This document shows, in pieces, positions 41,001-48,733 of a DNA stretch of 64,000 nt (positions within the stretch are counted from its first letter, which is position 1; each line of letters starts with the position of its first letter). The position numbers and the translations under genes are program-made. The DNA is from a virus. The stretch covers positions 32,001 through 96,000 of the IMG/VR virus record IMGVR_UViG_3300023179_000042; one strand, 5' to 3'. A model generated the notes under the pieces. It made no database searches, had not been told where the DNA came from, and saw nothing but the letters and a program-made list of their open reading frames with translations.

Positions 41001-42782
41001 GTTGATGTGTTTGTAAACGGAGTTCAGCTAGCCCGAGGTATGGATTATACCGTTGACGATGACATTGTTAATGGCATGGCTAATCCTACTATAACTTTAG
41101 ATAATGAATTAATTTTAACCGAGGCAGTTAAACCTGGTGATGTGCTGGCAATCGTTGCCAAACCAGACCTTGGGTGGGAATTTGATATTATAAGTGGTAG
41201 CATTTATTTTAATGCTAATGCTGAAATAGTTCCTGGGTATATTGGGTATATCACTGATTGTGTATTAAAAATTACAACATATACAAACCACGATCAGATG
41301 CTAATGAGAACAGAACGATTTGTAGGTAATACATATAGAAGATTTAGAATAAGCAGACAAGTTCTAAATAATAATTTTGTATGGGTTACTCTTAATAATC
41401 AACCGCTGGTTAACAAGTATGATTATATTATCTTAGATGATGGATATACTATTCAAATAAGTGATACAATTAGAGTCACCGAAGCCGATGAAGTTGTAAT
41501 TCAATCTTTTAGTACACAAATTTTAGGTTATGATACTCTAGGGTACAGAGTTTTTAAAGATATGTTTGGAAGACAATCATTTAAGAGATTGTCAAGAACA
41601 AATTCTACAACATTGACACAACCATTGAATTATTATGATACCGAAATTCATGTTGCTGACGCAAGTGTTTTAACACCTCCGTCTTTATACAGAAAACAAC
41701 CGGGAGTGGTAACTATTTCTGGAGAAAGAATAGAATTCTATAAAGTTGATGGAAATGTTTTAAAACAACTCCGTAGAGCTACAATGGGTACAGGTGCGAG
41801 TTTTTCTCTTGCTTCAAATTCTAAGGTAATTGATCAAGGTATAAATCAAACCGTTCCGTATTCTGAAGAGATGCTAGTGCAGTCATACTTAACAACATCT
41901 ACTACAACCTACACAATTTTTAACTACTCCATGGATGATTGGGGTGATGGAATAGCTTTATCGCAGCCTTCTACATCAACAATAATAAGTTCTGCCCTCG
42001 CTCTTAATGCTTACGGCATTGCTCTTGATTACTATAATAGAGGGCAGTATGATGCTCTCTATGATTTAAATGGAGATAGTGTAATTGACCTTCAAGATTT
42101 AATCGATTATCAAACTTTAGCCTCAGGCGGATCTTTGCCATATACTCCGTCAGAGAGTTCCAATTATCAACAGTTATTTGAAGTAACACAAGCAACTTCG
42201 CCTATACCAGCTAAAGATCAAATTGCTGTTTACTTTGGTGGTAGATTATTAAAGAAAGATCCATATTTTTATCACGATACAACTTTGGCCTACGATAGTC
42301 CTCAATATAATATTATCGGTACCATGGACAACGAAACAATGCTTTCGACGGTTACCACTGTTGTACTAACTTTAGGCGATGGATATATTGTTACTTCGAC
42401 AAATCAAGTGTGGATTTATACAAATTCTACAGAATTAGACGCGGTCAATGGTTTTGTCTATAGAGGTTTAAAGTATGCTCCGCCTGAGTTTACCATCAAT
42501 ACATCTACACAGCAAATTAAATTAAATATTGTAGATGGAGTTGAACCAAATATCAAATTGTCATTTGTAAAAAAACAATTTAATAGATTGTCGTGTTGGA
42601 ATAATATTGTGGACGCTAATACAACATTGTCATTGTTAGAAAGTACAACAGTACCTGCTAAGTTTTTACAGGCAAGACCGGCCGAACTTCCTGATAGTTA
42701 TTATTATGGCGGTCCTGATATTTTAACCGATGGAGGAAATCCATTAACTGATACCAATTCTAATCCATTAATAGGAAATTAA
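29037..42782 (+). CDS. Giant multidomain baseplate/virion protein, 4581 aa (gp7 position)
   Basis: Uninterrupted 13.7-kb ORF after gp6, with FG-GAP-like propeller repeats, GxGY..P Ig-like repeats, CBM5/12-like motifs and a dockerin/EF-hand-like motif. Confidence 0.75.
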   Translation: MAKNIKSVNLLPETHRTDKNSRFLSSTVDQLIQKPELERINGFIGTKDTPTYNSSNDIYISESTQIRQNYNLEPALVTYSTAGSVVNVVAIDDLTNEINFRGGITDNFDRIYKPKYYAYDPFVDWDKLVNFQEYFWLVTGPQTIEITGRPKNTTSTYTVEVENSQFVFTPSGMSDSILTLYRGNTYNFENLTEQNFYVKFTASPGNTDLYPVNVVSNGTSTGIVKLIVDVNTPSVLYCGGNDKTLLCKIVVKDSREDSTIDIEKDILGKKSYLSGNGIALSNGMKIKFGGTVLPEKYRDNEYIVEGVGEFIRLVDYKDLIPQSVIASNFDDNFDANPFDEYPFDNFKNLPINPEYLTINRASRDLNPWSRYNRWFHKDIITISAEFNNMEPEYPSNLRAQRPIIEFKPNLQLYNFGNIAIPNVDLIDFVTTDPLGQRENTRGLFVDGRRLNEGMTVIFAAAKDDDVRNKVFRATYFQRRKARRLNLEPIQDVIENNCVSINYGTRAGGRCYHYDGSNWKSSQNHTRLNQAPLFDLFDKDGKSYSDKTYYYSNFAGNRVFSYKRGSGTSDSVLGFPLSYRNLNGVGSYLFRNYFMNDSFTLSSGEYDTTSTSFSTAITFLKKNDEKGDQLVNVWRDKEDYQIPVYQLQSYLSGTSTVEINSVKLNNNISFEIEAYNDEKIIPKSDYNILSSGTNYTVNFNNTVTSNVLLKIFTDAPIVGNGYYETPLNLTNNPLNGNITDLTLSEISDHVGTMVNRDTSWSGIFPGTSNLRDLPGIAKYGTRLISNYNPITFAQLFLGSPYYSVESAIKQTAKDYEEFKNNFLTLVATHPDQNSPVSAVDTILKSMVANISKGSAYHNSDMIPFGSHRVRQFTVLSSRRTDYPISLDYNPSKLSNQAVLVYINGVQGWLGRDYIFLDDQNAVRIITPIVANDTIEIREYTDTSGCYCPQTPSKLGLYPAFRPRKYFDDSYIDRPRNVIIGHDGSKMIAYNDYRDDIIIELEKRIFNNIKSKYNPDLLDINSLLPNAFRKTEYSLKEINQILQSDFVTWAGLFGLDYQNNSSFDEANPFTYNYVGTSDTLTSTSLSGFWRGIYKYFYDTDLPHKSPWRMLGFYDRPEWWIAEYGPSPYTSGNDILWQDLENGYIRGGSNPGYNPIYARPGLTNIIPVDESGKLIDPSVLLITNSTPYDRRQNWKFGDHGPVETVWRNSSSYPYAIQRLLLLTKPAEYCSVFFDVSRLIKNAAGQWVNADTNRFLNLKDVALFGENNTLAAGYSVWVIEQGLKRNSQFVYRLRNRIDNFTVNLFHKVGGFVDKNKLRIIIDSVSPSSTDPGAILPQENYLLHLNVSNPVEAVAASGIVIQKQQDKFIVKGYDRYRPYFTIYQPIRNSNTPAITIGGISESFVDWNYNDSSGSTSLSAEDLTTANTATGNNFYQQGQIVRYLNKFYRVKVSHTAEANFNPSFYAAIPQVPIKGGATVQIAKSYSKQETLIPYGTMFDNIQDVYDVIIGYGQWLVEQGFIFDNFNQELNTVLDWRFSAKEFLYWSTQNWAPNSIITLAPFSPQVKFRKQTAVTDNFLNGNYDYTILTADGSSLPSKNLSVNRDDDITIIEPTNTNNGIFFIYVRPVQKEHGMIFDNTTIFNDIVYDPETGYRQKRMKLVGFRTSNWNGDYSSPGFVYDKGVVNRWEQFTLYRYGDVVTWNGKYYSAANSISGSSKFNIGDGWVLLDKAPTPGLIPNFDYKISQFEDFYSIDIDNFDAGQQKMAQHLIGYTPRVYLDNIVPDAISQYKFYQGYIREKGTRNPLTKISKSVTNDQTGSINFDEEWAFRVGQYGSYTTFRELEFRLTEGSFIENPQIINFVDTQPTQKPNDLVYYIDNNKFAIQPSEYSSSNVFFTSSSTFKNPGFKYPTAGYVNLNDITYTAYNENSLLDIANNGSIKDGDVIWLGFKTNGDWDVLRYENSPFKIIGVFVNSPGVTITFTTDYFHDFKVGDTVSVVNFNNQVNGIYKIIDIPQLNQFTVNSSLTYINNEPLLSPGLIYRFVSQRFKKFDDIPVDSKLLALPYGSKFWIDENNEGKWEVYTKTKNYSQNSVISRSQPLNQQLGTSIAKSKNDSTLLVGAPGYQYYLDNGRVFVYDKIGSTLTFKLSYTLNSDRIQYHDSSISPVTEFGYKVDYIPDEFNNSGYGLFIVGAPATENVYYNTVSPGAISYAHPDNTNTSTWGLAGVVKISSVDPLTQKEKAEVVLSNPWPTDRDRFGAEVAHYGNLLLVGAPGTNSTGTGRVFSYSIDTTGYYTTSSAQTVIGVTTSMSVTYTGRKELPAEYTAVDSDGVMFGHSISISDEEYFKYAVGGPGYKSENGLVAIFGMYSPSANQVIQPPTNVSGTKKFGHKVVITPTQLFVSAPLQRNSDLSYGAVYIYDYDIDAGAFNTSTYQIITNPLPGSKLNFGQDLSYIESDNSIVISSTGDFTPKFNLDKGNTTFDQKSTKFYNSIRKTGTAYVYSRKDTRYVLADELKIDNYTAFTDFGYTVHATENEIFVGAPSYSSTQTSKVYEFNKIDTTVQSWDLSTKQDDVISLNEFRQIHIFDTKKDIIVDYLDVVDPLKGKIPGLADQEIKYKAAFDPAVYSIGIAGTVVDINTNWLDEHVGELWWDLSTLKYVWYEQGDLSYRKNNWGRLFPGATIDVYEWIGTPLLPSEWSSQADTAAGLTNNISGQPKFADNSVVSVKQIYDSVTNSFSNYYFYWVKNKVIIPNVKNRRISSYQVASLIADPTGYGYKYASIIAPDAMTLANSNGYAVDTHVHLNITYDKIDNKIPKHTEWILLNEGSENSMPPRMLERKLFNSLIGKDTFGHTVPDPSLNERTKYGIGIRPQQTLFKSRLTALRNLIEFSNNVLIKEQIVGMKDLTRLLSQEVPPDQYSGLWDKTVEDLEGLSVINTTKLVQAEVTCTVADGTIRSVQIVNSGYGYLIAPIITVIANENDINTRTVKIETEIDEFGRLVSTNIVDGGRGFTVPPTLTVRPFSVIVTSDSTFNGKWTLFTWDKEVQQWNRIRTQKYNTPLYWNYIDWTSSDFDQFRDISKTVNELFELNYLNLPKNSYIKINNPGDNLPIILEKVTPSKSNTFSNGYNIVYKQGGTIQFSNGIWDIYNNDLGYDKNNSYDQTLYDQTIETELRNILIALRDDIFVDELKVYWNKFFFTAVKYAMSEQPLLDWAFKTSFINVVNNAGLLDQRPVYKLNNSEYYENFLKEIKPYRSQIRTFTNKHKILEPSQSFTTDFDSPSYFNRTTKQFETISETDALSDVYPWKAWKDNNSFIIDSISVGNGGQNYILPPSVIIETAPGDLGSGAAAQAYISSGQVNKIVVTNPGVGYKKAPLIRLEGGGYADLVPAVAYPIMANNKVRTNTIKIKFDRISTQNQIGDDFVVDSFNCDGTTSIFYLNWCARLDRSKISVTIDGAYVLSSEYIIQNYEEEFNGYTKKYSKLQFVNRIPEIGKVLVVKYAKNLELYSAAERVLQYYSPKSGMPGKKLDQVMSGVVYPKTQLQTLGFDYTSKWDNQYEINNVPVYYSGFETAAYGDDVSYYTLIKTSSTTTVGSNTLTLATVEGIVVGQNVNISNTLTNKFSSSTVLVTAINQTSKTVTLNTSVASTVFPGDSVEFWTQTTNFTALDTIIDSGYPGFTLTNTGSALQYALGINPEDITIDGDGFFTPDTSFATEEFVPGESSDSIGINVYTKSGVGAPLIYTGKIDVPSKRNKTELFVPYPPPTADSIVVTFNTQILQRTEQLFFAATLDSPYYYYDFINNKIIIYKRSVNGVLGYSVVTVGGEGVVDHGSTVVYNQTDGQVDSLAYYDDIKLAYVTVNGEIIGTTSTSFTNKYYDLTYSNESNKRASVHVHNLNTNTTSTIQAWFFDSDAATFNEVRSQTFVYDNVSTATNIEINRPPGVIEPFAPQVILEVSVDNGVTYRRVMPPFTAYYNIVNTAITTYSINNSRNFVDKFITPGTGFTVQNVDVFVNGVQLARGMDYTVDDDIVNGMANPTITLDNELILTEAVKPGDVLAIVAKPDLGWEFDIISGSIYFNANAEIVPGYIGYITDCVLKITTYTNHDQMLMRTERFVGNTYRRFRISRQVLNNNFVWVTLNNQPLVNKYDYIILDDGYTIQISDTIRVTEADEVVIQSFSTQILGYDTLGYRVFKDMFGRQSFKRLSRTNSTTLTQPLNYYDTEIHVADASVLTPPSLYRKQPGVVTISGERIEFYKVDGNVLKQLRRATMGTGASFSLASNSKVIDQGINQTVPYSEEMLVQSYLTTSTTTYTIFNYSMDDWGDGIALSQPSTSTIISSALALNAYGIALDYYNRGQYDALYDLNGDSVIDLQDLIDYQTLASGGSLPYTPSESSNYQQLFEVTQATSPIPAKDQIAVYFGGRLLKKDPYFYHDTTLAYDSPQYNIIGTMDNETMLSTVTTVVLTLGDGYIVTSTNQVWIYTNSTELDAVNGFVYRGLKYAPPEFTINTSTQQIKLNIVDGVEPNIKLSFVKKQFNRLSCWNNIVDANTTLSLLESTTVPAKFLQARPAELPDSYYYGGPDILTDGGNPLTDTNSNPLIGN

Positions 42783-42783
42783 A

Positions 42784-44688
42784 ATGCCTCAAGTTACGCA
42801 ACTTCCATTATTATCAACAGCAACAAATCAAACTTATATATTGGTTGTAGATAATAACTTGACTAAAAGAGTTAATTATACAGCATTCTCTAGTCAAATT
42901 AATAAAATTAATATTGGACCCAGCGGACCTAAGGGTGTTTCAGGTCCTACAGGTCCGCAAGGAATTCAAGGCAATACTGGTCCTAGTGGAACTCAAGGAT
43001 CGATTGGCCCAAGCGGTCCAATAGGTCCACAATCTACTATTCCAGGCCCTAGTGGTATTAGTGGAGCAACAGGTCCAGTTGGTCCAAGTGGTACATCGGG
43101 AGTTTCGGGACCAAGCGGACCGAGGTCTACAATCAGTGGACCTAGCGGACCACAGGGTAACATAGGTCCTAGTGGTCCTCAGTCGACTATTAGTGGCCCT
43201 CAAGGTGATACCGGTGATACCGGTCCACAAGGCGCCCAAGGCGTTGCTGGTCCACAAGGCGCCCAAGGCGTTGCTGGTCCACAAGGCGCAAGTGGTCCCG
43301 AAAGTACTGTAGCAGGACCACAAGGTGCTCAAGGTGCTCAAGGCCCAAGTGGAGTAAGCGGTCCCCGTGGTCCAACAACAGGTAATCAAGGCCCAATTGG
43401 CAACCAAGGCCCAAGTGGCGTTAGCGTTAGTGGTCCAAGCGGTCCCGCAGGTGTAGCGGGACCAAGTGGTCCTGGCGGTTCTCAAGGCCCAAGCGGTCCT
43501 GGTGGCGCACAAGGCCCAAGTGGCGTTAGCGTTAGTGGCCCTAGTGGTCCAGCGGGCGTAAGTAATGTTCCTGGTCCAAGTGGTCCAAGTGGTCCAAGCG
43601 GCGTAACAGGTCCTGGTGGAACTCGTGTTTATACAGTAACCAATAGCGGTGCCAGCGCCTATGTAATCGATGGATCGAATAATCCTACACTAAATTTATT
43701 AAAAGGTTTTACCTACCAATTTAGCGTAAGTGCGACAGGACATCCTTTTTGGATTAAAACTGCTGCTGTAACTGGAACAGGTAGTGCTTATAATACCGGA
43801 GTAACAAATAACGGAACTCAAAGCGGCACCATCACATTTGCTATACCGTACGATGCTCCGAGTACATTGTATTATATTTGCCAGCTCCATTCTATGATGG
43901 GCGGAACAATTAATATTTCCGATGTAGGACCAGCCGGTCCTAGTGGTCCAAGTGGCGTAAGTAATGTTCCTGGTCCAAGTGGTCCGAGCGGACCAAGTGG
44001 TGTAAGTGTTAGCGGACCAAGTGGTCCGGCAAGTACAATTTCTGGACCAAGTGGTGTTGCTGGTAGTGTTGGTCCAAGTGGTCCAAGTGGTCCTCAAGGT
44101 TCAGCAGGGTCACCCGGTAACGCTGGTCCAAGTGGTCCTAGTGGTGCCGGAGCCAGCGGTCCAAGTGGCCCAGCAGGCGGAGCAGGTCCAAGTGGCCCAT
44201 CGGGTCCAAGTGGTGCTGGTGTAAGTGGTCCAAGTGGTGCTGGTATAAGTGGTCCAAGCGGAACTCGAGGTGCGAGCGGCCCTAGTGGCCCATCGGGTCC
44301 TGCGGGTAATGCTGGTGGAGCAGGTCCAAGCGGCCCATCGGGTCCAAGCGGTGTAACTGGTGCTACAGGTTCTCAAGGATCTGTAACCACTTTGGCTACA
44401 GGAACTTACAGTATTGGTGTTTTGTATGCCAATACACTAACAGTAACAGGCGTAGGTGCTTTTAATATTACTTCAGGTAATGACATCAATTTGAAGGCAA
44501 CAGGTCAAGTTACAGTAAATGCTCCGTTTGTGCTTACCACAAGCACAACAGCAGGCCTGGCAGCGCTTGGATCGGTTACTCGTGTAGGAGCAATGGTATA
44601 TGTTACAGATGCTTCGGGCGGCGCACAACCTTGTTTCTATAATGGAACAAATTGGTTTACAGTAAACGGAAGGACTCAGATAGCTTAA
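42784..44688 (+). CDS. Collagen-like tail fibre with an internal cupredoxin-like domain
   Basis: Extensive GPS/GPQ Gly-X-Y repeats interrupted by [14 protein letters not shown]...GHPFWI...[12 protein letters not shown]. Confidence 0.85.
   Translation: MPQVTQLPLLSTATNQTYILVVDNNLTKRVNYTAFSSQINKINIGPSGPKGVSGPTGPQGIQGNTGPSGTQGSIGPSGPIGPQSTIPGPSGISGATGPVGPSGTSGVSGPSGPRSTISGPSGPQGNIGPSGPQSTISGPQGDTGDTGPQGAQGVAGPQGAQGVAGPQGASGPESTVAGPQGAQGAQGPSGVSGPRGPTTGNQGPIGNQGPSGVSVSGPSGPAGVAGPSGPGGSQGPSGPGGAQGPSGVSVSGPSGPAGVSNVPGPSGPSGPSGVTGPGGTRVYTVTNSGASAYVIDGSNNPTLNLLKGFTYQFSVSATGHPFWIKTAAVTGTGSAYNTGVTNNGTQSGTITFAIPYDAPSTLYYICQLHSMMGGTINISDVGPAGPSGPSGVSNVPGPSGPSGPSGVSVSGPSGPASTISGPSGVAGSVGPSGPSGPQGSAGSPGNAGPSGPSGAGASGPSGPAGGAGPSGPSGPSGAGVSGPSGAGISGPSGTRGASGPSGPSGPAGNAGGAGPSGPSGPSGVTGATGSQGSVTTLATGTYSIGVLYANTLTVTGVGAFNITSGNDINLKATGQVTVNAPFVLTTSTTAGLAALGSVTRVGAMVYVTDASGGAQPCFYNGTNWFTVNGRTQIA
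43555..43985 (+). repeat. 32-bp direct repeats flanking the cupredoxin-like domain
   Basis: ggcgtaagtaatgttcctggtccaagtggtcc at 43555 and 43954, 399 bp apart and in frame. Confidence 0.85.
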
Positions 44689-44689
44689 A

Positions 44690-46288
44690 ATGGAACATTT
44701 AAGATATTATGTTGTTGTTGCCAATCCTGAGGATCAGCCAGCAATCTTTGAAGAATTAAAATCTTTAGATGGCACTGATCATATTCCATCTAGGCCAGTT
44801 GAGGCCGAGGATGAAATGCCTTGGAGCGACCATAATTCCATTTGGATATTAACCGAAGAAGAAGCAGAAACACTTAAAAATGATCCTAGAATTATAGATG
44901 TTCATAGAGATCCTGAAGAGGTAGGTATTCGACCTAAGCATTGCGGACTGCGAACAGGATACTTTGAACGTTCGACAAATAATACAGTTGCGTCAGCAAA
45001 AAATTTTGGATTAGTTAGATCTATTGCTAGTACCAATGTTTATGGTGCTAGTACATTAACATCAAATTCTTATACATTTAATCTTGACGGAACTGGAGTT
45101 GACGTTATTGTCATGGATACTGGTGTTGAACCTTATCATCCAGAATTTGCGGTTAATGCCGATGGCAGTGGTGGAACAAGAGTAGTCGATTACGATTGGA
45201 CACAGCACGGCATCATAACCAGTGTTCCTACGGGAGGTTTTTTAGGCGATTGTGGAGGACATGGCTCGAACGTTGCTAGCATAATAGCAGGTAATACCAA
45301 CGGCTGGGCATCTGGCGCCAGAATTTATTCTTTAAGAACTGTGCCAGAGACCGGCGGAACAGAACGAGACATCACCGATGGACGAATTTTAGGTCTGTTA
45401 AATGAAACACAATGTTGGGGTTCTATTAGAGCCTTTCATAATGCTAAATCCATTGATCCTGCTACAGGATATAAACGACCCACAATTGTAAATTGTAGTT
45501 ACGGATATCCTAATGCCTACGGAAGTATTAAGACAACAACTTACAGAGGTACAACTTATACAACCAGTACAGGTAATGCTGCTTACGGTACAATAGATTT
45601 AAACGTGAGTGCGTATTACGGTGGCTCCCATGGTACTAGAATTTCGGCAATAGATGCAGAAATCTCAAGCACACTGGCAGCAGGAGTAATTATTGTAGGA
45701 GCGGCTGGAAATGACGCACATAAAATAGATGTCCCTACAGGAACCGATTATAATAATTACTGGACTAAAACTAATAATGCGGTTTACTATTATCATAGAG
45801 GATCAACTCCGTCAGCAGTCTCGGGTGTTGTCTGTGTAGGTTGCTATTCAGCTACTACCGATGGTAGCGGTGTCGAACATAAGAAAAATTTTAGTGCTGC
45901 TGGACCCAGGATTGATGTATGGGCACCGGGCGATGCTATAATGGGTGCCTACTCTACAGGTAGTTATTTTGGACCAGCAGTAGTAGACCCTCGTGGCTCT
46001 GCTTCGACATCGTCTGGATATTCTTTTTACCTTCAAAAAATTAGCGGAACCAGCCAAGCTAGCCCTCAAGTAGCCGGAGTATTAGCGTTGGCATTACAGG
46101 CTAGACCGTGGATGACACCTGCTCAAGCCCGTTCTTGGGTGATTGGAAGTGCGTCTTCGTGGACAAATGATGCGACTTATTACGGGGGCACTGGGTATGT
46201 ACAATGGGGAGGATTACAAGGAGCAGCACCGATTGCTCTCTTCTTACCCTTTAATAGCTCAAGTACCGCTGTATTTTCTGTAGGATAA
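44690..46288 (+). CDS. Subtilisin-family (S8) serine protease with an N-terminal propeptide
   Basis: Catalytic triad motifs VIVMDTG, GHGSNVAS and SGTSQASPQVAG; AAGN oxyanion motif. Confidence 0.92.
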   Translation: MEHLRYYVVVANPEDQPAIFEELKSLDGTDHIPSRPVEAEDEMPWSDHNSIWILTEEEAETLKNDPRIIDVHRDPEEVGIRPKHCGLRTGYFERSTNNTVASAKNFGLVRSIASTNVYGASTLTSNSYTFNLDGTGVDVIVMDTGVEPYHPEFAVNADGSGGTRVVDYDWTQHGIITSVPTGGFLGDCGGHGSNVASIIAGNTNGWASGARIYSLRTVPETGGTERDITDGRILGLLNETQCWGSIRAFHNAKSIDPATGYKRPTIVNCSYGYPNAYGSIKTTTYRGTTYTTSTGNAAYGTIDLNVSAYYGGSHGTRISAIDAEISSTLAAGVIIVGAAGNDAHKIDVPTGTDYNNYWTKTNNAVYYYHRGSTPSAVSGVVCVGCYSATTDGSGVEHKKNFSAAGPRIDVWAPGDAIMGAYSTGSYFGPAVVDPRGSASTSSGYSFYLQKISGTSQASPQVAGVLALALQARPWMTPAQARSWVIGSASSWTNDATYYGGTGYVQWGGLQGAAPIALFLPFNSSSTAVFSVG

Positions 46289-46307
46289 CCGATGTTTTTT
46301 TTGTTGA

Positions 46308-46313
46308 TAAATA
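46308..46313 (+). promoter_or_regulatory. Late promoter TAAATA
   Basis: Upstream of the fibre cluster starting at 46332. Confidence 0.6.
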
Positions 46314-46331
46314 TGTTATTGGAAATTAAAA

Positions 46332-46955
46332 ATGTATAATATGAACAATAATCCTAATGAATTTGGCAATATTCATGTCATGGGCCATTTAAAAATCTAT
46401 GACCCTGTGTCGCAAGAAGTTTTTATCAATAAAAAGAATGCTATTCATTATGAAAATTTTGCTATTGCGTTAGCACGAGGAGTTAGTAATCAAGGATACG
46501 GTTTTATTGCTGATATGGCATTTGGTAATGGCGGCACTAGAATTGACCAAACTGGTATCATTACATATCTTACACCAAACACTATAGGAACAAGTAGTGC
46601 TCTTTATAATCAGACTTATGTTAAGACAGTTGATGCTAAACAGACATATGATTTAGATCCTAGCCGAAACTATATGGAAGTAAGACATGTTACCGGAACT
46701 CCGTATGCTGATGTATTAGTAAGTTGTTTATTAGATTTTGGAGAACCAGCCGGGCAGGATGCCTTTGATAAAGCAGCCTATACAGATGGCAATTTTGTAT
46801 TTGATGAAATCGGACTATTAGCCTATAGCCCTGATGGGCAAGGACAAGGAGATTTATTAACTCATGTAATTTTTCATCCTGTTCAAAAATCTTTAAACAG
46901 ACTAATTCAGATTGATTATACGGTTCGAATTCAAAGTTTAACAAGCGGAACATAA
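46332..46955 (+). CDS. Baseplate/fibre-attachment structural protein
   Basis: GHLKIYD, MAFGNGG, FDEIGL and LLTHVIFHPVQKSLNR...IDYT pattern; heads the fibre cluster. Confidence 0.6.
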   Translation: MYNMNNNPNEFGNIHVMGHLKIYDPVSQEVFINKKNAIHYENFAIALARGVSNQGYGFIADMAFGNGGTRIDQTGIITYLTPNTIGTSSALYNQTYVKTVDAKQTYDLDPSRNYMEVRHVTGTPYADVLVSCLLDFGEPAGQDAFDKAAYTDGNFVFDEIGLLAYSPDGQGQGDLLTHVIFHPVQKSLNRLIQIDYTVRIQSLTSGT

Positions 46956-46956
46956 G

Positions 46957-48732
46957 ATGCCATACACAATTACATTCAGCGACCCATCAAAAACCGCAGT
47001 TATTGCGGTACCTGATTATCCGCCAGGTGTTAATACTGTAGACACTTCGTTGACTCTTGTCGGCCGAGGCTATCCTAACTACGGACAAAAATTTGCCGAA
47101 AATTTTGTTCACCTTTTAGAAAATTTTGCCAGTGCTATTCCTCCCTCTAACCCAATCGAAGGGCAACTATGGTATGATACCAGCGACCCTAATAATAAAG
47201 TTATGCGTATTATGGACGGGACTTCTAGTGCTGTCCGTTGGCCTAGCATAAGTGGAATATACCAACAATCAACAGACCCAAGATACTCAAATAATCTAGC
47301 AACCAGCGGTATTAAAAATGGAGATATTTGGGTTGATACAGCTAATAACCAGTTAAAAATTTTTAACAGCAATGGCTGGTCTGTAGTTGGGCCTGAGCTG
47401 GCTACAGGTACTCTTAAAAACGGGCCTGAAGTTGCTACCTATCCTGATAACAAAAATCCTTCAACTCCATATACAGTTGTAAATTTTTGGGCTAATGGTA
47501 AAATTGTTGCTATTCTTTCTGATGCTGCATTTACTCCAAGAACTTTAATAACAGGTTTTAGTACACTAACAGCTGGTATTAACATTAGAAGCGACTCATT
47601 GTTTAATGGTACCGCAGCAGCCGCCCAGCGACTTTATGTAAACAATAGACAATATGGAGCAGATAGATTCCTTCGTAAGGATGATACAGCTACTCCTACA
47701 GTTTCGGGACAAGGACAAATTATCACTGGTAGAGTTTTATGGCAAACTCCAACAAATCAATCAGGTAGTCAAGGACGCGATGGTATTGTTATTGTTAATA
47801 GCTCTGCTCCTACCACAACTGATTATGTTCAATTATATAAAAATACAAATGATGCCTGGCTTTTAAACAATACCACAGCAGGAAAAATTTATTTAAAAAC
47901 TAGACCAAATGAAAGTCCGGTTTTAAATGATACTTTGGTTGTAGCACACGATAAGGTTACACTTAATACATCAACACAGGTCGTTGGCGATGTAACCGTA
48001 TCTAATACATTAACTGTTTATTCTACAGCTTCAAATTCAATTAGGACATCGGGCGGTTTATGGGTTGGAGATGATGCTTATGTAAATGGAAATTTAACAG
48101 TCGGATCAGACCTTCAGATTTCGGGAAACTTGAATGTCAATAGCAACATTGTTCCTTCTTCAAATAATGTTTATGACTTAGGAAGTTTAACATCTCAGTA
48201 TAGAAGAGTATATGCTCAAGCAGTTGGAACTACCGCAACAGTCTATTACGGAAGTTTAATTGGACAGGCTTCTGGATTAACAAATGCTGTTACTTTTAGA
48301 CTTCAAGGTCAAATTACAGCAACAAGTTTTATATATAGCGGAACAAGTGTTGCGGCTACATTTGATACCGTACTTAGACCTACTGCTGTTACAAGTCAAA
48401 CAAGTTTAACAACCGCATCGTCAACCGCATCTATGCTGGTAACCGAAGGCGACTCATTGTATAAAATTTCAAAGAGTAACTTCTTAGCCGGCATATTTCC
48501 AACTGGAATGATAACAGCTTACGGAACTAGTACAAACATTCCATCTGGCTGGTTGCTGTGCGATGGAGCACAATATCTCCAATCAAATTATATATCATTG
48601 TACGGTGTTGTTCAAGATACATATAGAAAACCTGGAGATCCTGTAAGTTTGTATTTTAGGGTACCCGATATGCGAGGAAGTACAACAGCTACAAATAACT
48701 CTACATTTATTTCATATATTATAAAAACATAA
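46957..48732 (+). CDS. Tail fibre with a C-terminal tail-collar domain
   Basis: Shared N-terminal ENFVHLLENFA...GQLWYD module; C-terminal PSGWLLCDG...FRVPDMRG...YIIK. Confidence 0.85.
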   Translation: MPYTITFSDPSKTAVIAVPDYPPGVNTVDTSLTLVGRGYPNYGQKFAENFVHLLENFASAIPPSNPIEGQLWYDTSDPNNKVMRIMDGTSSAVRWPSISGIYQQSTDPRYSNNLATSGIKNGDIWVDTANNQLKIFNSNGWSVVGPELATGTLKNGPEVATYPDNKNPSTPYTVVNFWANGKIVAILSDAAFTPRTLITGFSTLTAGINIRSDSLFNGTAAAAQRLYVNNRQYGADRFLRKDDTATPTVSGQGQIITGRVLWQTPTNQSGSQGRDGIVIVNSSAPTTTDYVQLYKNTNDAWLLNNTTAGKIYLKTRPNESPVLNDTLVVAHDKVTLNTSTQVVGDVTVSNTLTVYSTASNSIRTSGGLWVGDDAYVNGNLTVGSDLQISGNLNVNSNIVPSSNNVYDLGSLTSQYRRVYAQAVGTTATVYYGSLIGQASGLTNAVTFRLQGQITATSFIYSGTSVAATFDTVLRPTAVTSQTSLTTASSTASMLVTEGDSLYKISKSNFLAGIFPTGMITAYGTSTNIPSGWLLCDGAQYLQSNYISLYGVVQDTYRKPGDPVSLYFRVPDMRGSTTATNNSTFISYIIKT

Positions 48733-48733
48733 A

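Noticed and set aside
42940-44376. Antisense and alternate-frame ORFs over the collagen gene (e.g. 42940..43512, 43699..44097)
   Set aside because: These are shadows of GC-rich GGT-CCA-AGT codon repeats, with no evident SD or promoter and implausible Trp/Thr-repeat products.
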